DNA of 64,000 nt from Candidatus Eiseniibacteriota bacterium (GTDB lineage: Bacteria; Eisenbacteria; RBG-16-71-46; JABDJR01): contig CAVXKA010000003.1 of NCBI GenBank assembly GCA_963762255.1, positions 896,001 through 960,000 on the forward strand, in the 5' to 3' direction. The notes beneath the pieces are model-generated. The model made no database searches, had not been told where the DNA came from, and saw only the letters and a program-made list of their open reading frames with translations. Numbering within the stretch: the stretch's first letter is position 1; each line of letters opens with the position of its first letter. A program made the translations under genes and the position numbers. Shown piece by piece: positions 38,172 through 46,656 of this stretch.

Positions 38172-40816
38172 ACGTGCCAGGGATCAGGCGACCGGTCGCG
38201 ATGGCGGTGGCCTTGGTGCTCGCGGCAAGCGGCGGGCCGGTTGCGATCGCCTCGGGGGTTGGCACGCGTGACGGGGTTCCCCCGACTATCGGAACCGGAG
38301 CACGCTCCTCAATAGGATGCAGTTGGTCTACGGGGTTCGGGCCGAACTCGGTGAACGGCCCGATCTACGCGATGGCCCCGCTCCCCCCCCACCCCGGAAT
38401 GGTCATCGTCGGCGGCGCGTTCCAGCGTGCTGGAACAATGGCAGCAAGTAACGTGGCCGCGTTGCTCAACGATCAGTGGATTCCAATGGACGAGGGCCTG
38501 CCGAAGCCGGTCCGCCAACTCGTGGGGTACAACGGGACCGTGGTGGCCGAAGGGAATTTCGGAATCCGCCAATGGTCCGATTCGGGAGGTTGGCAGAGTC
38601 TCGGGACGCCTATGCACCGCGCTGGTCCCTGGACGTTGTTGAGCTGGAACGGCACCCTCATGGCAGGCGGCACCGACGGAGCCATGTTCACTCTAAGCGC
38701 CGATCGCTGGCGATCTCTTTCCGAAGACTTTCCTTTCGCGGAAACCGTGAGTTCTATGGTCGAGTTCAGCGGCCTGGTGGCGGTCGCCGGCGATTCGCAC
38801 CTCGCTCTCTGGTACGGCGACGGGTGGCAGGCATTCCCCACTGAGTTTGCACCGACGCAAGACCTCCCCGGACTCATGGCCCTTGCCGTCTATCAGTACA
38901 AGCTCGTTGCTGCCGGGTCGTTTTCCTGGTCGGACTCGCTGAGTTACCTGGCGTGGTGGGATGGCTGGCATTGGAGGCCGTTCGGACGAGGCGTCGACGG
39001 CCCTGTTCACCGGCTGGCGGTAGTCAACGGGATGCTCTACGCCATGGGGGACTTCTCCCTCGCCGGTGACGTAGAGGCGCACCAGATTGCCGCCTGGGAT
39101 GGAGTCGCATGGCAGGATCTGGGCCCGGGCATGAACCGTCCTGTGCACGCCGTTCTATCGATGGAGGGCCGCACCTACGCGGGAGGGGAGTTCACTCCGG
39201 CCGGCACCGTGGCTGCCGACTACCTGGCCTACTGGGACAACGATCAGTGGAAGGGAATGGGGAATGGGCTCGACGCAGAAGTGTCGGCGTTCCTGAATTG
39301 CGACTCGGTCCTGGTGGCGGGGGGGGCATTCCAGCGGGCGGGCGCCATCTTCGGTCACCACATCGCGGCATGGGACGGCGCGGATTGGCGGCCCCTCGGG
39401 GAGGGTTTCGACGATCGAGTGTGGGCCCTCGCCCAACACCAGGGCCGCGTGATTGCGGGCGGGGCATTCAGAGCATCGGGCGCGGAACCCGCTCAACGCG
39501 TGGCAGCCTGGGACGGGTCACGCTGGGAATCCCTGGGGGACGGGATGGACCTTCCAGTCTTCAGCCTGCTCTCGGCGAGCGACGGCACCCTGTACGCGGC
39601 GGGGGCGTTCACGAGATCCGGGGATCGCCCGCTCTCCCATGTAGCTCGCTGGTCGGGAGACGGTTGGGAGCCCGTGGGCGGCGGATGTGACGACTGGGTT
39701 GTGGATCTCGAAGAGTGGAATGGCAGGATCTACGCCGCCGGCTTCTTCGAGCACGCGGGGGACTCCACGGCAAGCCGAATCGCGGAGTGGGATGGGCAGC
39801 GCTGGAGGGCGATCGCGGGAGAGATGGAGCGGACCTGGTCCATCACCTCACTCGAAGCCTACAGGGACCGTCTGGTGGCTGCGGGCAGCTTCGGCCGGAT
39901 CGGCGATGCCTCGGTCACGAACCTCGCGGCGTGGGACGGCATGGGCTGGCAGTCCCTCGCCGGCACCTACTCGAGGTTGACCTCAGTGGATCATATCCTG
40001 GCCCTCCACGCCGTAGGCTCCTTGCTGTTCATAGGGTCCCACGGGTTGGAGCTGTCGAATGGGTACAGCAGTCGCCTAGCCATGTACGGCGGGGATTGGA
40101 GTACGTTTGGAAGCTTCGGCCCTAGCGGAACTGCCGTCACCGCCGTGGGAGATTGGGGGGGGCGCCTATTCGTCGGTGGCACTTTCGCCGACTGCGCCTG
40201 CGGACCCTCCCTGCACATCGCTGAGTGGTATGGGCTTCAGTCCAAGGTTGCTGTCGAGCTCCTTGCCTTCACCGCGGACCGGCAAGGTGGTGAGGCCGTC
40301 GTTCGGTGGGCCCTGGCAGACGGGGCAGGTGATATTGCCAGCGTCGCGCTGTACCGCGAGGAGTCCGACGGATCGCGCCACGCGTTGACGGGGGATCTAC
40401 AGGCGCTGACCCCGAGCCATGAGGTGCGCGATCCAGCCCCTCCGCTTGGCGAAGCCGCGTACTGGCTCCTCGTGAGGACTCGCGCGAGCGAAGCCGCATG
40501 GTACGGCCCGGCGGTCCTGGCAGCATGGGAGCCACGTGCGTCGCTCACGCTCGAGCAGAACTCGCCCAATCCGGTCATCACGACCACGACGTTTCGTTTC
40601 GCCATCCCGTCGCCGGGGCCGGTGAGGCTGCGCGTGTTCGATCCGGCGGGGCGAGTAGTGGCCACCCTTCTCGATGCCCCGGCGAATGCGGGTCCACACA
40701 CGTTGACGTGGGACACGGAGGACGGCGCCGGAAACCCGGTCGCGCGCGGAGTCTACTTCTACCGCTTGGACGGGCCGTCCGGATTCAAGGTCCGCCGGCT
40801 TCTGGTCCTCCGTTAG
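38168..40816 (+). CDS. Secreted beta-propeller repeat protein with C-terminal FlgD-like Ig domain
   Basis: Roughly a dozen ~48-aa repeats 'AGG.F...IA.WDG..W..LG.G.D..V.AL'; 'LEQNSPNP...WD..D..G..VA.GVYFYRL'; ATGA-coupled to the S8 gene. Confidence 0.85.
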   Translation: MNVPGIRRPVAMAVALVLAASGGPVAIASGVGTRDGVPPTIGTGARSSIGCSWSTGFGPNSVNGPIYAMAPLPPHPGMVIVGGAFQRAGTMAASNVAALLNDQWIPMDEGLPKPVRQLVGYNGTVVAEGNFGIRQWSDSGGWQSLGTPMHRAGPWTLLSWNGTLMAGGTDGAMFTLSADRWRSLSEDFPFAETVSSMVEFSGLVAVAGDSHLALWYGDGWQAFPTEFAPTQDLPGLMALAVYQYKLVAAGSFSWSDSLSYLAWWDGWHWRPFGRGVDGPVHRLAVVNGMLYAMGDFSLAGDVEAHQIAAWDGVAWQDLGPGMNRPVHAVLSMEGRTYAGGEFTPAGTVAADYLAYWDNDQWKGMGNGLDAEVSAFLNCDSVLVAGGAFQRAGAIFGHHIAAWDGADWRPLGEGFDDRVWALAQHQGRVIAGGAFRASGAEPAQRVAAWDGSRWESLGDGMDLPVFSLLSASDGTLYAAGAFTRSGDRPLSHVARWSGDGWEPVGGGCDDWVVDLEEWNGRIYAAGFFEHAGDSTASRIAEWDGQRWRAIAGEMERTWSITSLEAYRDRLVAAGSFGRIGDASVTNLAAWDGMGWQSLAGTYSRLTSVDHILALHAVGSLLFIGSHGLELSNGYSSRLAMYGGDWSTFGSFGPSGTAVTAVGDWGGRLFVGGTFADCACGPSLHIAEWYGLQSKVAVELLAFTADRQGGEAVVRWALADGAGDIASVALYREESDGSRHALTGDLQALTPSHEVRDPAPPLGEAAYWLLVRTRASEAAWYGPAVLAAWEPRASLTLEQNSPNPVITTTTFRFAIPSPGPVRLRVFDPAGRVVATLLDAPANAGPHTLTWDTEDGAGNPVARGVYFYRLDGPSGFKVRRLLVLR

Positions 40817-40865
40817 CCGCAGAGGAACCGTGCACCGGTTCCCACGCCGTACCCGCGCGGGCTGA

Positions 40866-41483
40866 TCAGCGAGCGGGGGCGGGAGTTCCGACTACTTGCT
40901 CCCACGACGCAGAGAGAGTCCCGACCAGGAGCCCGCAGAACACGCCGAGGACGGTGCCGGCGGCGGCGGCCACGAGCGCGTCTCCTTCCGTGTAGTGGTC
41001 GGGACATCGATAGCTGGTGGTCAGCACGCCGGCGCCGGGCATCGATTGAACCGGGCAGAACAAGCCGTCCAGTTCGTTGAGCCCGTACAGCCCGCCCGCC
41101 ACCATCCCCACCAACCCGAGCATGATCGTGGCGTCCCGGGTGCGGGTCCGCCTCACCCACACCTCGCGAACGTCCGCCGCCGCGATCACATCTTCATCCC
41201 CGAGCGACCGAATCACCCAACCCGAGTCTCCGACTCGAACCAGACGACCCTCGACCGGCTCCCCGCGCGTCGCCAACAGAAGCCGCACCCGGTCGCCCTC
41301 GCGGAGCCGCGCCCGGCCGGGCGGATCCACGGGCGCCTTCTCCGCACGACGCTCCGCGTCGCGCAGGTCGACCGCACCCTGCTGAGTGGAATCCCCCGGC
41401 TCTGCCGCTGTGCATGCGGGAAAGATGAGTTGCGCGATCAGCATGGAAACGATCAGGCCGCGGAACGCCGAATCACGCCGCAC
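40866..41483 (-). CDS. Hypothetical exported/membrane protein
   Basis: GTG overlaps the ccmF stop (TAGTG); signal-like segment, small beta domain, two Gly-rich hydrophobic helices flanking a two-Cys loop. Confidence 0.6.
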   Translation of the reverse strand: MRRDSAFRGLIVSMLIAQLIFPACTAAEPGDSTQQGAVDLRDAERRAEKAPVDPPGRARLREGDRVRLLLATRGEPVEGRLVRVGDSGWVIRSLGDEDVIAAADVREVWVRRTRTRDATIMLGLVGMVAGGLYGLNELDGLFCPVQSMPGAGVLTTSYRCPDHYTEGDALVAAAAGTVLGVFCGLLVGTLSASWEQVVGTPAPAR

Positions 41484-44056
41484 TACGCCGCCTCGCGCTT
41501 GCCGTTCTTCTTGAGAAGCGTGAACGGCTTCTCGCCCGCCCCCGAGGTCGTCGCAAGCTTGCCCGCCAGCCTCCAGCGGTGCAGGGTCGCCATGATCAGC
41601 CCGATCAGCACGATCGCGGTTCCCATCCACAAGAGGCCGATGAAAGGCTTGGTGCTGACCTCGGCGTAGAAGTACTCCTGCGGCGCCGGCGCAACGTGGA
41701 GCTGCGCGAGCGCCTTCTGCGCTTCCACGTCCACGAGCACGAGGTTCATGCCGGTATTGCCGATCGGGGCCTCGATGCGCTCCAGCTCTTCCGAGCCGGG
41801 CCGGCTGATGATGGCGGGGCGAACCTCGAAGCTCTGTCCCCCGACCGTCACCTTGCTGTGCGCGTAGACGGTGGTGGATCCGCCCTGCCGCGTCGGGGAG
41901 TCCACGTCGTAGCCGAAGAGCTCCACCGTGAACTCGCCGAGCTGCGCGGTCTCACCGCGGCCGAGCACCGTCGCCGGAGGCGCCACGCCGAACTGAGCGA
42001 TCGAGCCGTCGGCGTTCAGTCCCAGGAGCCGCAACGTCGACCCCGCACCCGGGATCTCGGCCGGCATCGCCGAGGTGTGTCCGTCGGTGAAGGTGAGGAA
42101 CGAGGGAGAGAGCGTGACCGACGCTCCGTCAATCGTCGCCTCCACGACGGCGTTCACGCGGGTCCCGGTGGAGTGCTCGGACCCCTCGGGCATCATCGGC
42201 GCCTTGAACGGCCCGGTGTCGGCGCTGCGCAGCACCATGGGAATCCCGAGCACGGTCTGCGGCTGGTCCTTGACCAGCATGACCTTCTTCTCGATGCGGT
42301 CCTCGAGCGGGTCCACGTCGGTGCCGATCGGCGAGATGTAGACGTCGCGCATGAGAAAGGACTGGATCGCGGGCTTCTTCATCATCCCCGCGTTCATGTC
42401 GCTGAAGAACATCGTGGGCGACATCATGTAGGCGCTGTCCGCTGTGCGCAGGGTGACGTCGTATGCGCTCTTCCGGCCTTCCTCGACCGGGCGCGGTCCC
42501 ATGTACTTGAAGCCATAGCCCAGCGCCACGACCTCTTGGCCCTTGGGCAGCACCACCGACTGCTTGGTGCTGTAGACGGTCGAGGTGAGGATGCCGAGAA
42601 TCGCCAGCCCGATCCCCACGTGAGCGAAGTAGCCGCCGGTGGCCCTCCAGTTCGTGGTCATCATGCGGGCCGCGAGCCAGAGGTTGGCCAGCGCGGCGAA
42701 GGTGCCGGCCACCATCATGAGCAGGTACTCGATGTTGCGCACGCCGAAGAAGAAGTAGGCCGCCCCCAACACCGCGGTGGCGACGATCGGTACGAGGGCT
42801 TGCCACAGCGAGCCGCGCAGGTCGGTGCGCATCCAGAGCAGGTACGGCGAAAACCCCATCAGGAACCCGACGAGAATCGCGAAAGGCAGCCCGGCGCGGT
42901 TGTAATACAGCGGCTGCACGTTGGAGGCCGGTCCCCACCACCGCGTATAGATGGGCGATGACGTCCCCAGCAACACGAAGAGCGCGAAGAGCCCGAACGC
43001 CAGCGACCCCAGGAAGATCACGTACTCCTTGCTGAGGAGGGGCGCCTCGGTCTTCTCGGTAGGGATGCGCCGGAACTTCCACACGAAGAGCGCGAGTCCG
43101 CCGCCCAGAAACACCACCATGAAGGCGACCAGGAACTGGTTGATGCCAAGATCGGTGAAGGAGTGCACCGAGAAATCGGCGAGCACCCCGCTGCGTGTGA
43201 GGAATGTGGAGTAGGTGAGCAGGATGAAAGGGAACATCGCGATCAGCACGTTCGAGCGACGGAAGATGTTCCGCTTCATCTGGATCACCTGGTTGTGCAA
43301 GAGCGCCACCGCCACCAGCCAGGGCACCAGAGAAGAGTTCTCGACGGGATCCCAACCCCAGAAGCCGCCCCAGCCCAGGATGCTGTAGGCCCAGTAGCCG
43401 CCCAGCAAAAGCCCCGTGCCCAACGCCATCACGCCGAAGGTCGTCCACGGGACCGCGCGCCGCACCCAGTTGTCCCAGTCCTCCTTCACGAGTGCCGCCA
43501 TCGCGTACGCGGCGGGGATCCCCAGCGAAGCGAAGCCGAAGAACATGATCGGCGGATGGATGGTCATCCACGGATCCTGCAGGAGCGGGTTGAGGCCATT
43601 GCCGTCTGCCGGCGTCGTTGCATGCCGGATGAACGGGCTCGCCTTGAGGAGCATGAGCATCAGGAAGAGATTGATGCCGAGATAGAAGAACAGCACCGGC
43701 GCCTCGTACTGCTTGGCCTTGAAGCGCAACATGACGGCCAGCAAGCCGCCGAAGAGCGCCCACAGGAGGAATGTCCCTTCCTGCCCGCCCCAGAAGGCCG
43801 AGAACACGTACCGGAGCGGCATTTCACGCGAGCTGTAGCGGAAGACGTAGTCGTATTCGAAGTGATGTCCGACCAGGAGGTACCAGAGATAGGCGGAGCT
43901 GGCCACGAGCCCGAAGGCGGTGATGTACACCGCAGGACGGGCGATGTGGAGCAGCGGCGCCCCCGCCGACTTTCGCACGCCGGGAAGGTAGGCGGCCATC
44001 GCCGCCGCGGTCGACAACGTGGTGAGTACGGTGAGCAGGTACCCGAGATTCGACAT
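41483..44056 (-). CDS. ccmF: Cytochrome c heme lyase CcmF
   Basis: 'WGGQEGTFLLW', 'GLNPLLQ..WM.IHPP', WWD motif 'WGGFWGWDPVEN', 'LTRSG...SVHSF', 'KPFI..LW.G'. Confidence 0.95.
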   Translation of the reverse strand: MSNLGYLLTVLTTLSTAAAMAAYLPGVRKSAGAPLLHIARPAVYITAFGLVASSAYLWYLLVGHHFEYDYVFRYSSREMPLRYVFSAFWGGQEGTFLLWALFGGLLAVMLRFKAKQYEAPVLFFYLGINLFLMLMLLKASPFIRHATTPADGNGLNPLLQDPWMTIHPPIMFFGFASLGIPAAYAMAALVKEDWDNWVRRAVPWTTFGVMALGTGLLLGGYWAYSILGWGGFWGWDPVENSSLVPWLVAVALLHNQVIQMKRNIFRRSNVLIAMFPFILLTYSTFLTRSGVLADFSVHSFTDLGINQFLVAFMVVFLGGGLALFVWKFRRIPTEKTEAPLLSKEYVIFLGSLAFGLFALFVLLGTSSPIYTRWWGPASNVQPLYYNRAGLPFAILVGFLMGFSPYLLWMRTDLRGSLWQALVPIVATAVLGAAYFFFGVRNIEYLLMMVAGTFAALANLWLAARMMTTNWRATGGYFAHVGIGLAILGILTSTVYSTKQSVVLPKGQEVVALGYGFKYMGPRPVEEGRKSAYDVTLRTADSAYMMSPTMFFSDMNAGMMKKPAIQSFLMRDVYISPIGTDVDPLEDRIEKKVMLVKDQPQTVLGIPMVLRSADTGPFKAPMMPEGSEHSTGTRVNAVVEATIDGASVTLSPSFLTFTDGHTSAMPAEIPGAGSTLRLLGLNADGSIAQFGVAPPATVLGRGETAQLGEFTVELFGYDVDSPTRQGGSTTVYAHSKVTVGGQSFEVRPAIISRPGSEELERIEAPIGNTGMNLVLVDVEAQKALAQLHVAPAPQEYFYAEVSTKPFIGLLWMGTAIVLIGLIMATLHRWRLAGKLATTSGAGEKPFTLLKKNGKREAA

Positions 44057-44059
44057 CCG

Positions 44060-44509
44060 CTAATCCGTTTCCGCGGCGCTCGTCGACGCCGGCTTGACTG
44101 CGCTGCCCTCCCCGGCGCCTTCAGCGCCCGGGTGTACGTTGCCCTGCGATTCGTATTTGGACGGGCACTTCACGAGGATCTGGCTTGCATGCAGCGCGCC
44201 CTCCTCGTAGCGGCCGATCACGACGACGCTTTGCGCCTGATCGAAGTTGCCCGGCTTGACCCCCTTGAAGCAGACGTCCATCTGCTCTCCGCCCTCGTCC
44301 TTCATCTCGAAGCGGAACTCCCCGGCGGCAGGGTCCCACCGCGATGCGGCGTGGTCGGGGAATCCGGCGACCTGCACCGGCCGATCGCTTGCGCGGGCCT
44401 CGGTGAAGGAAACGTAGGGGGTGATGGTCCGGTTGAGATTGAGCGCGGCCAACCCGCCGAACACGGCGAGGAGGACCAGCCCGACCCAGATCCTTCGACT
44501 AACCTTCAT
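44060..44509 (-). CDS. ccmE: Heme chaperone CcmE (CxxxY type)
   Basis: N-terminal anchor, OB fold, 'ILVKCPSKY'. Confidence 0.93.
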   Translation of the reverse strand: MKVSRRIWVGLVLLAVFGGLAALNLNRTITPYVSFTEARASDRPVQVAGFPDHAASRWDPAAGEFRFEMKDEGGEQMDVCFKGVKPGNFDQAQSVVVIGRYEEGALHASQILVKCPSKYESQGNVHPGAEGAGEGSAVKPASTSAAETD

Positions 44510-44624
44510 GGCGATTCATCTCCCGGCGAATACGGTTAAGTTTACGGTCCAGGGCCACGAGGTAAAGGAAAATCCCGACCCAAATTATCAGGATTGCCCC
44601 GAAGACGACGCTGTTCCCGGTCAT
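44499..44624 (-). CDS. ccmD: Heme exporter protein CcmD
   Basis: 41 aa MTGNSVVFGAILIIWVGIFLYLVALDRKLNRIRREMNRHEG between ccmC and ccmE; ATGA overlap with ccmC. Confidence 0.85.
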   Translation of the reverse strand: MTGNSVVFGAILIIWVGIFLYLVALDRKLNRIRREMNRHEG

Positions 44625-45322
44625 GTTGTTTGCCTCGTGCGGCTTAGACGGATCGCCGCGGTCTTGAGCTGGAGCATCCAGGCGTAGAGCCCTGTGTACC
44701 CGATGAGGAACAAGAAGAAGACTTGGAGCATCCTGGGGTTCATGGACCCGCTCCGCTCGCTGGTCTGGATGATCGGCGAGGGGTGCAGGGTCTCCATGAC
44801 CCTCGGCACGACGAACACCAGAAACGGCACGGTCACGAACGCCAGGATGGAGTATACCCCGGCAAGTCGCGCGCGGCGATGGGGTTCCGCCACCGCCGAG
44901 CGCAGCGTGAAGTAGCCCGCATAGATGAGGAGGAGGATCAGCACGGTGTTCTGCCTCGGATCCCAGTTCCAGAAGGCCCCCCACTCCAGCTTGGCCCAGA
45001 TCATCCCGCTCACCAGCGCCACGGCGCAGAACAGGAACCCCAGCTCGGAACTGGCCAGCGCCAGGTCATCGGCCTTCTGACCGGTGCCCCGGAGCACTCG
45101 GATGCTCTGGATCATGGCTACCGCAAAAGCCAGGACCGCGATCCATGCTGCGGGGACATGGAAGTAGAAGATCCGGAAGGCCGGCCAGGGCTGCATCGTG
45201 GGGTTCCCGGCGGCGTCCTTGATCGAGAAGTTGGGCCGGGTTGCCTCGGGGGCGTACACGAAACACAGGACGATGGCGGCGGCCATAAGGATACCGAGGG
45301 CCCACTTGCCCAGGTTGGCCAT
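44621..45322 (-). CDS. ccmC: Heme exporter CcmC
   Basis: 'RIFYFHVP.AW', WWD motif 'WAK..WG.FWNWDPR', 'TLHP'. Confidence 0.95.
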   Translation of the reverse strand: MANLGKWALGILMAAAIVLCFVYAPEATRPNFSIKDAAGNPTMQPWPAFRIFYFHVPAAWIAVLAFAVAMIQSIRVLRGTGQKADDLALASSELGFLFCAVALVSGMIWAKLEWGAFWNWDPRQNTVLILLLIYAGYFTLRSAVAEPHRRARLAGVYSILAFVTVPFLVFVVPRVMETLHPSPIIQTSERSGSMNPRMLQVFFLFLIGYTGLYAWMLQLKTAAIRLSRTRQTT

Positions 45323-45339
45323 GTGCTCTCCTCCGATCG

Positions 45340-46008
45340 CTAATCGCGCCAGACGAAGTCGATGAGTAGAAACGCCAGGGTGATCATCACACCGGCGTAG
45401 GACACCAGAAGCTGCATCTCTGTTCCCGCGTCGGCGAAACCTTCTCCGGACATCGCCTTACGGGTAAGCCCCACCCCGGCAATCAGGACCGGCACCAAGA
45501 TCGGGAAGGAGAGCACGGTAAAAAGTGCGCCCTTGACCCCGGCCTGCGAAACGATAGCCGCCACCAGCGTGCTCGATGCGGCCAGAGCGACGCTCCCCAG
45601 CGCCAAACCAGCAAGAAGCAGACCCCAGTTCGCCTCCCGCACGGGCAGGAATACTTGAAACAGAGGGATCAGAATGACATCGAGGAGGAACAGCAGCGCC
45701 AAGTTGAAAAGGAGTTTCCCCAGATAGATCTGGGGCCCGGATGCCGTGAGCCTCAGCGCCAGCTCCGTCCCTCGCTCCGCTTCGACAACAAAGGTACGCG
45801 AGAGACCGGCCATCGCGGCGAAAAACAAAATTATCCAGATTAGAGAAGCGTGGACTTCGGGCGCGAGGGCGAACCCTCCCAGGGAGTAGCTGACCACGGT
45901 CAGCGTCACCACCGCGAAGAGGACGACGGCGTTCAGCGCGGCCCGGGTCCGCACCTCCGACCGGACGTCCTTGGAGAGGATGGCCAGCGCCCCGCTAAGC
46001 CAGCGCAA
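45340..46008 (-). CDS. ccmB: Heme exporter CcmB
   Basis: TTG start with GGAGG RBS; 'KD.RSE.RT', 'R.F..E.ERGT...L', 'L.FP.LVP'. Confidence 0.92.
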   Translation of the reverse strand: MRWLSGALAILSKDVRSEVRTRAALNAVVLFAVVTLTVVSYSLGGFALAPEVHASLIWIILFFAAMAGLSRTFVVEAERGTELALRLTASGPQIYLGKLLFNLALLFLLDVILIPLFQVFLPVREANWGLLLAGLALGSVALAASSTLVAAIVSQAGVKGALFTVLSFPILVPVLIAGVGLTRKAMSGEGFADAGTEMQLLVSYAGVMITLAFLLIDFVWRD

Positions 46009-46612
46009 GGGTGGTCCTCCCAAGCGCGAACTCCGCCGGATCGTTGCTGGCGATGACGACGATCCCTCCCGCCGCCGCCGATTCCTCGACGGCGCTCGCC
46101 ACCAGGGCCCGCCCCGCGTCATCCAGGTTGGAGCCCGGTTCGTCGAGCAGGAGCAACTTGGGCGCCGCCTGAAGCACGAAGGCGAGCTTTGCCCGCTGGC
46201 GCATGCCGGTGGAGAGAGTTCCGATTGCGTCGTGCGCGCGCGCACCGAGGCCCAGACGCTTGAGCAGCGCGAGATCGCGGGCTTCGTCCCGTCCCAAGCC
46301 CCTCAACCGTCCGAAGAAATCCAGGTTCTCGAGCGCGGAGAACTCCTCGTAGAGGACAAGGTCCGGGCCGAGGTAGGACGTGACGTGACGGCGCCAGTCG
46401 GCGTCGCGCTCCTCGCCCGAATCCAGGAGGCGAATTCGCCCGCCGGTGGGAGCAAGCACGCCGCAAAGCACCTTCAGGAGCGTGCTCTTGCCGCTTCCGT
46501 TGGGGCCGCGGACTAGAAGCCGGTCGCCCCCCTGGAGCGAAGTGGTGATGCCGGTGAGAACCCGGCGGTCGCCGAAGGACCGCTCGAGGGCTTCGATGTG
46601 GAGTTCAACCAT
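45995..46612 (-). CDS. ccmA: Heme exporter ATP-binding protein CcmA
   Basis: 'GPNGSGKST', 'LSTGMRQR', 'LLLDEP'; first gene of the ccm operon. Confidence 0.92.
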   Translation of the reverse strand: MVELHIEALERSFGDRRVLTGITTSLQGGDRLLVRGPNGSGKSTLLKVLCGVLAPTGGRIRLLDSGEERDADWRRHVTSYLGPDLVLYEEFSALENLDFFGRLRGLGRDEARDLALLKRLGLGARAHDAIGTLSTGMRQRAKLAFVLQAAPKLLLLDEPGSNLDDAGRALVASAVEESAAAGGIVVIASNDPAEFALGRTTLALA

Positions 46613-46656
46613 GAGCCGGGAATCTTATCATCCCGCCTGATATACTCAATCGCCTT

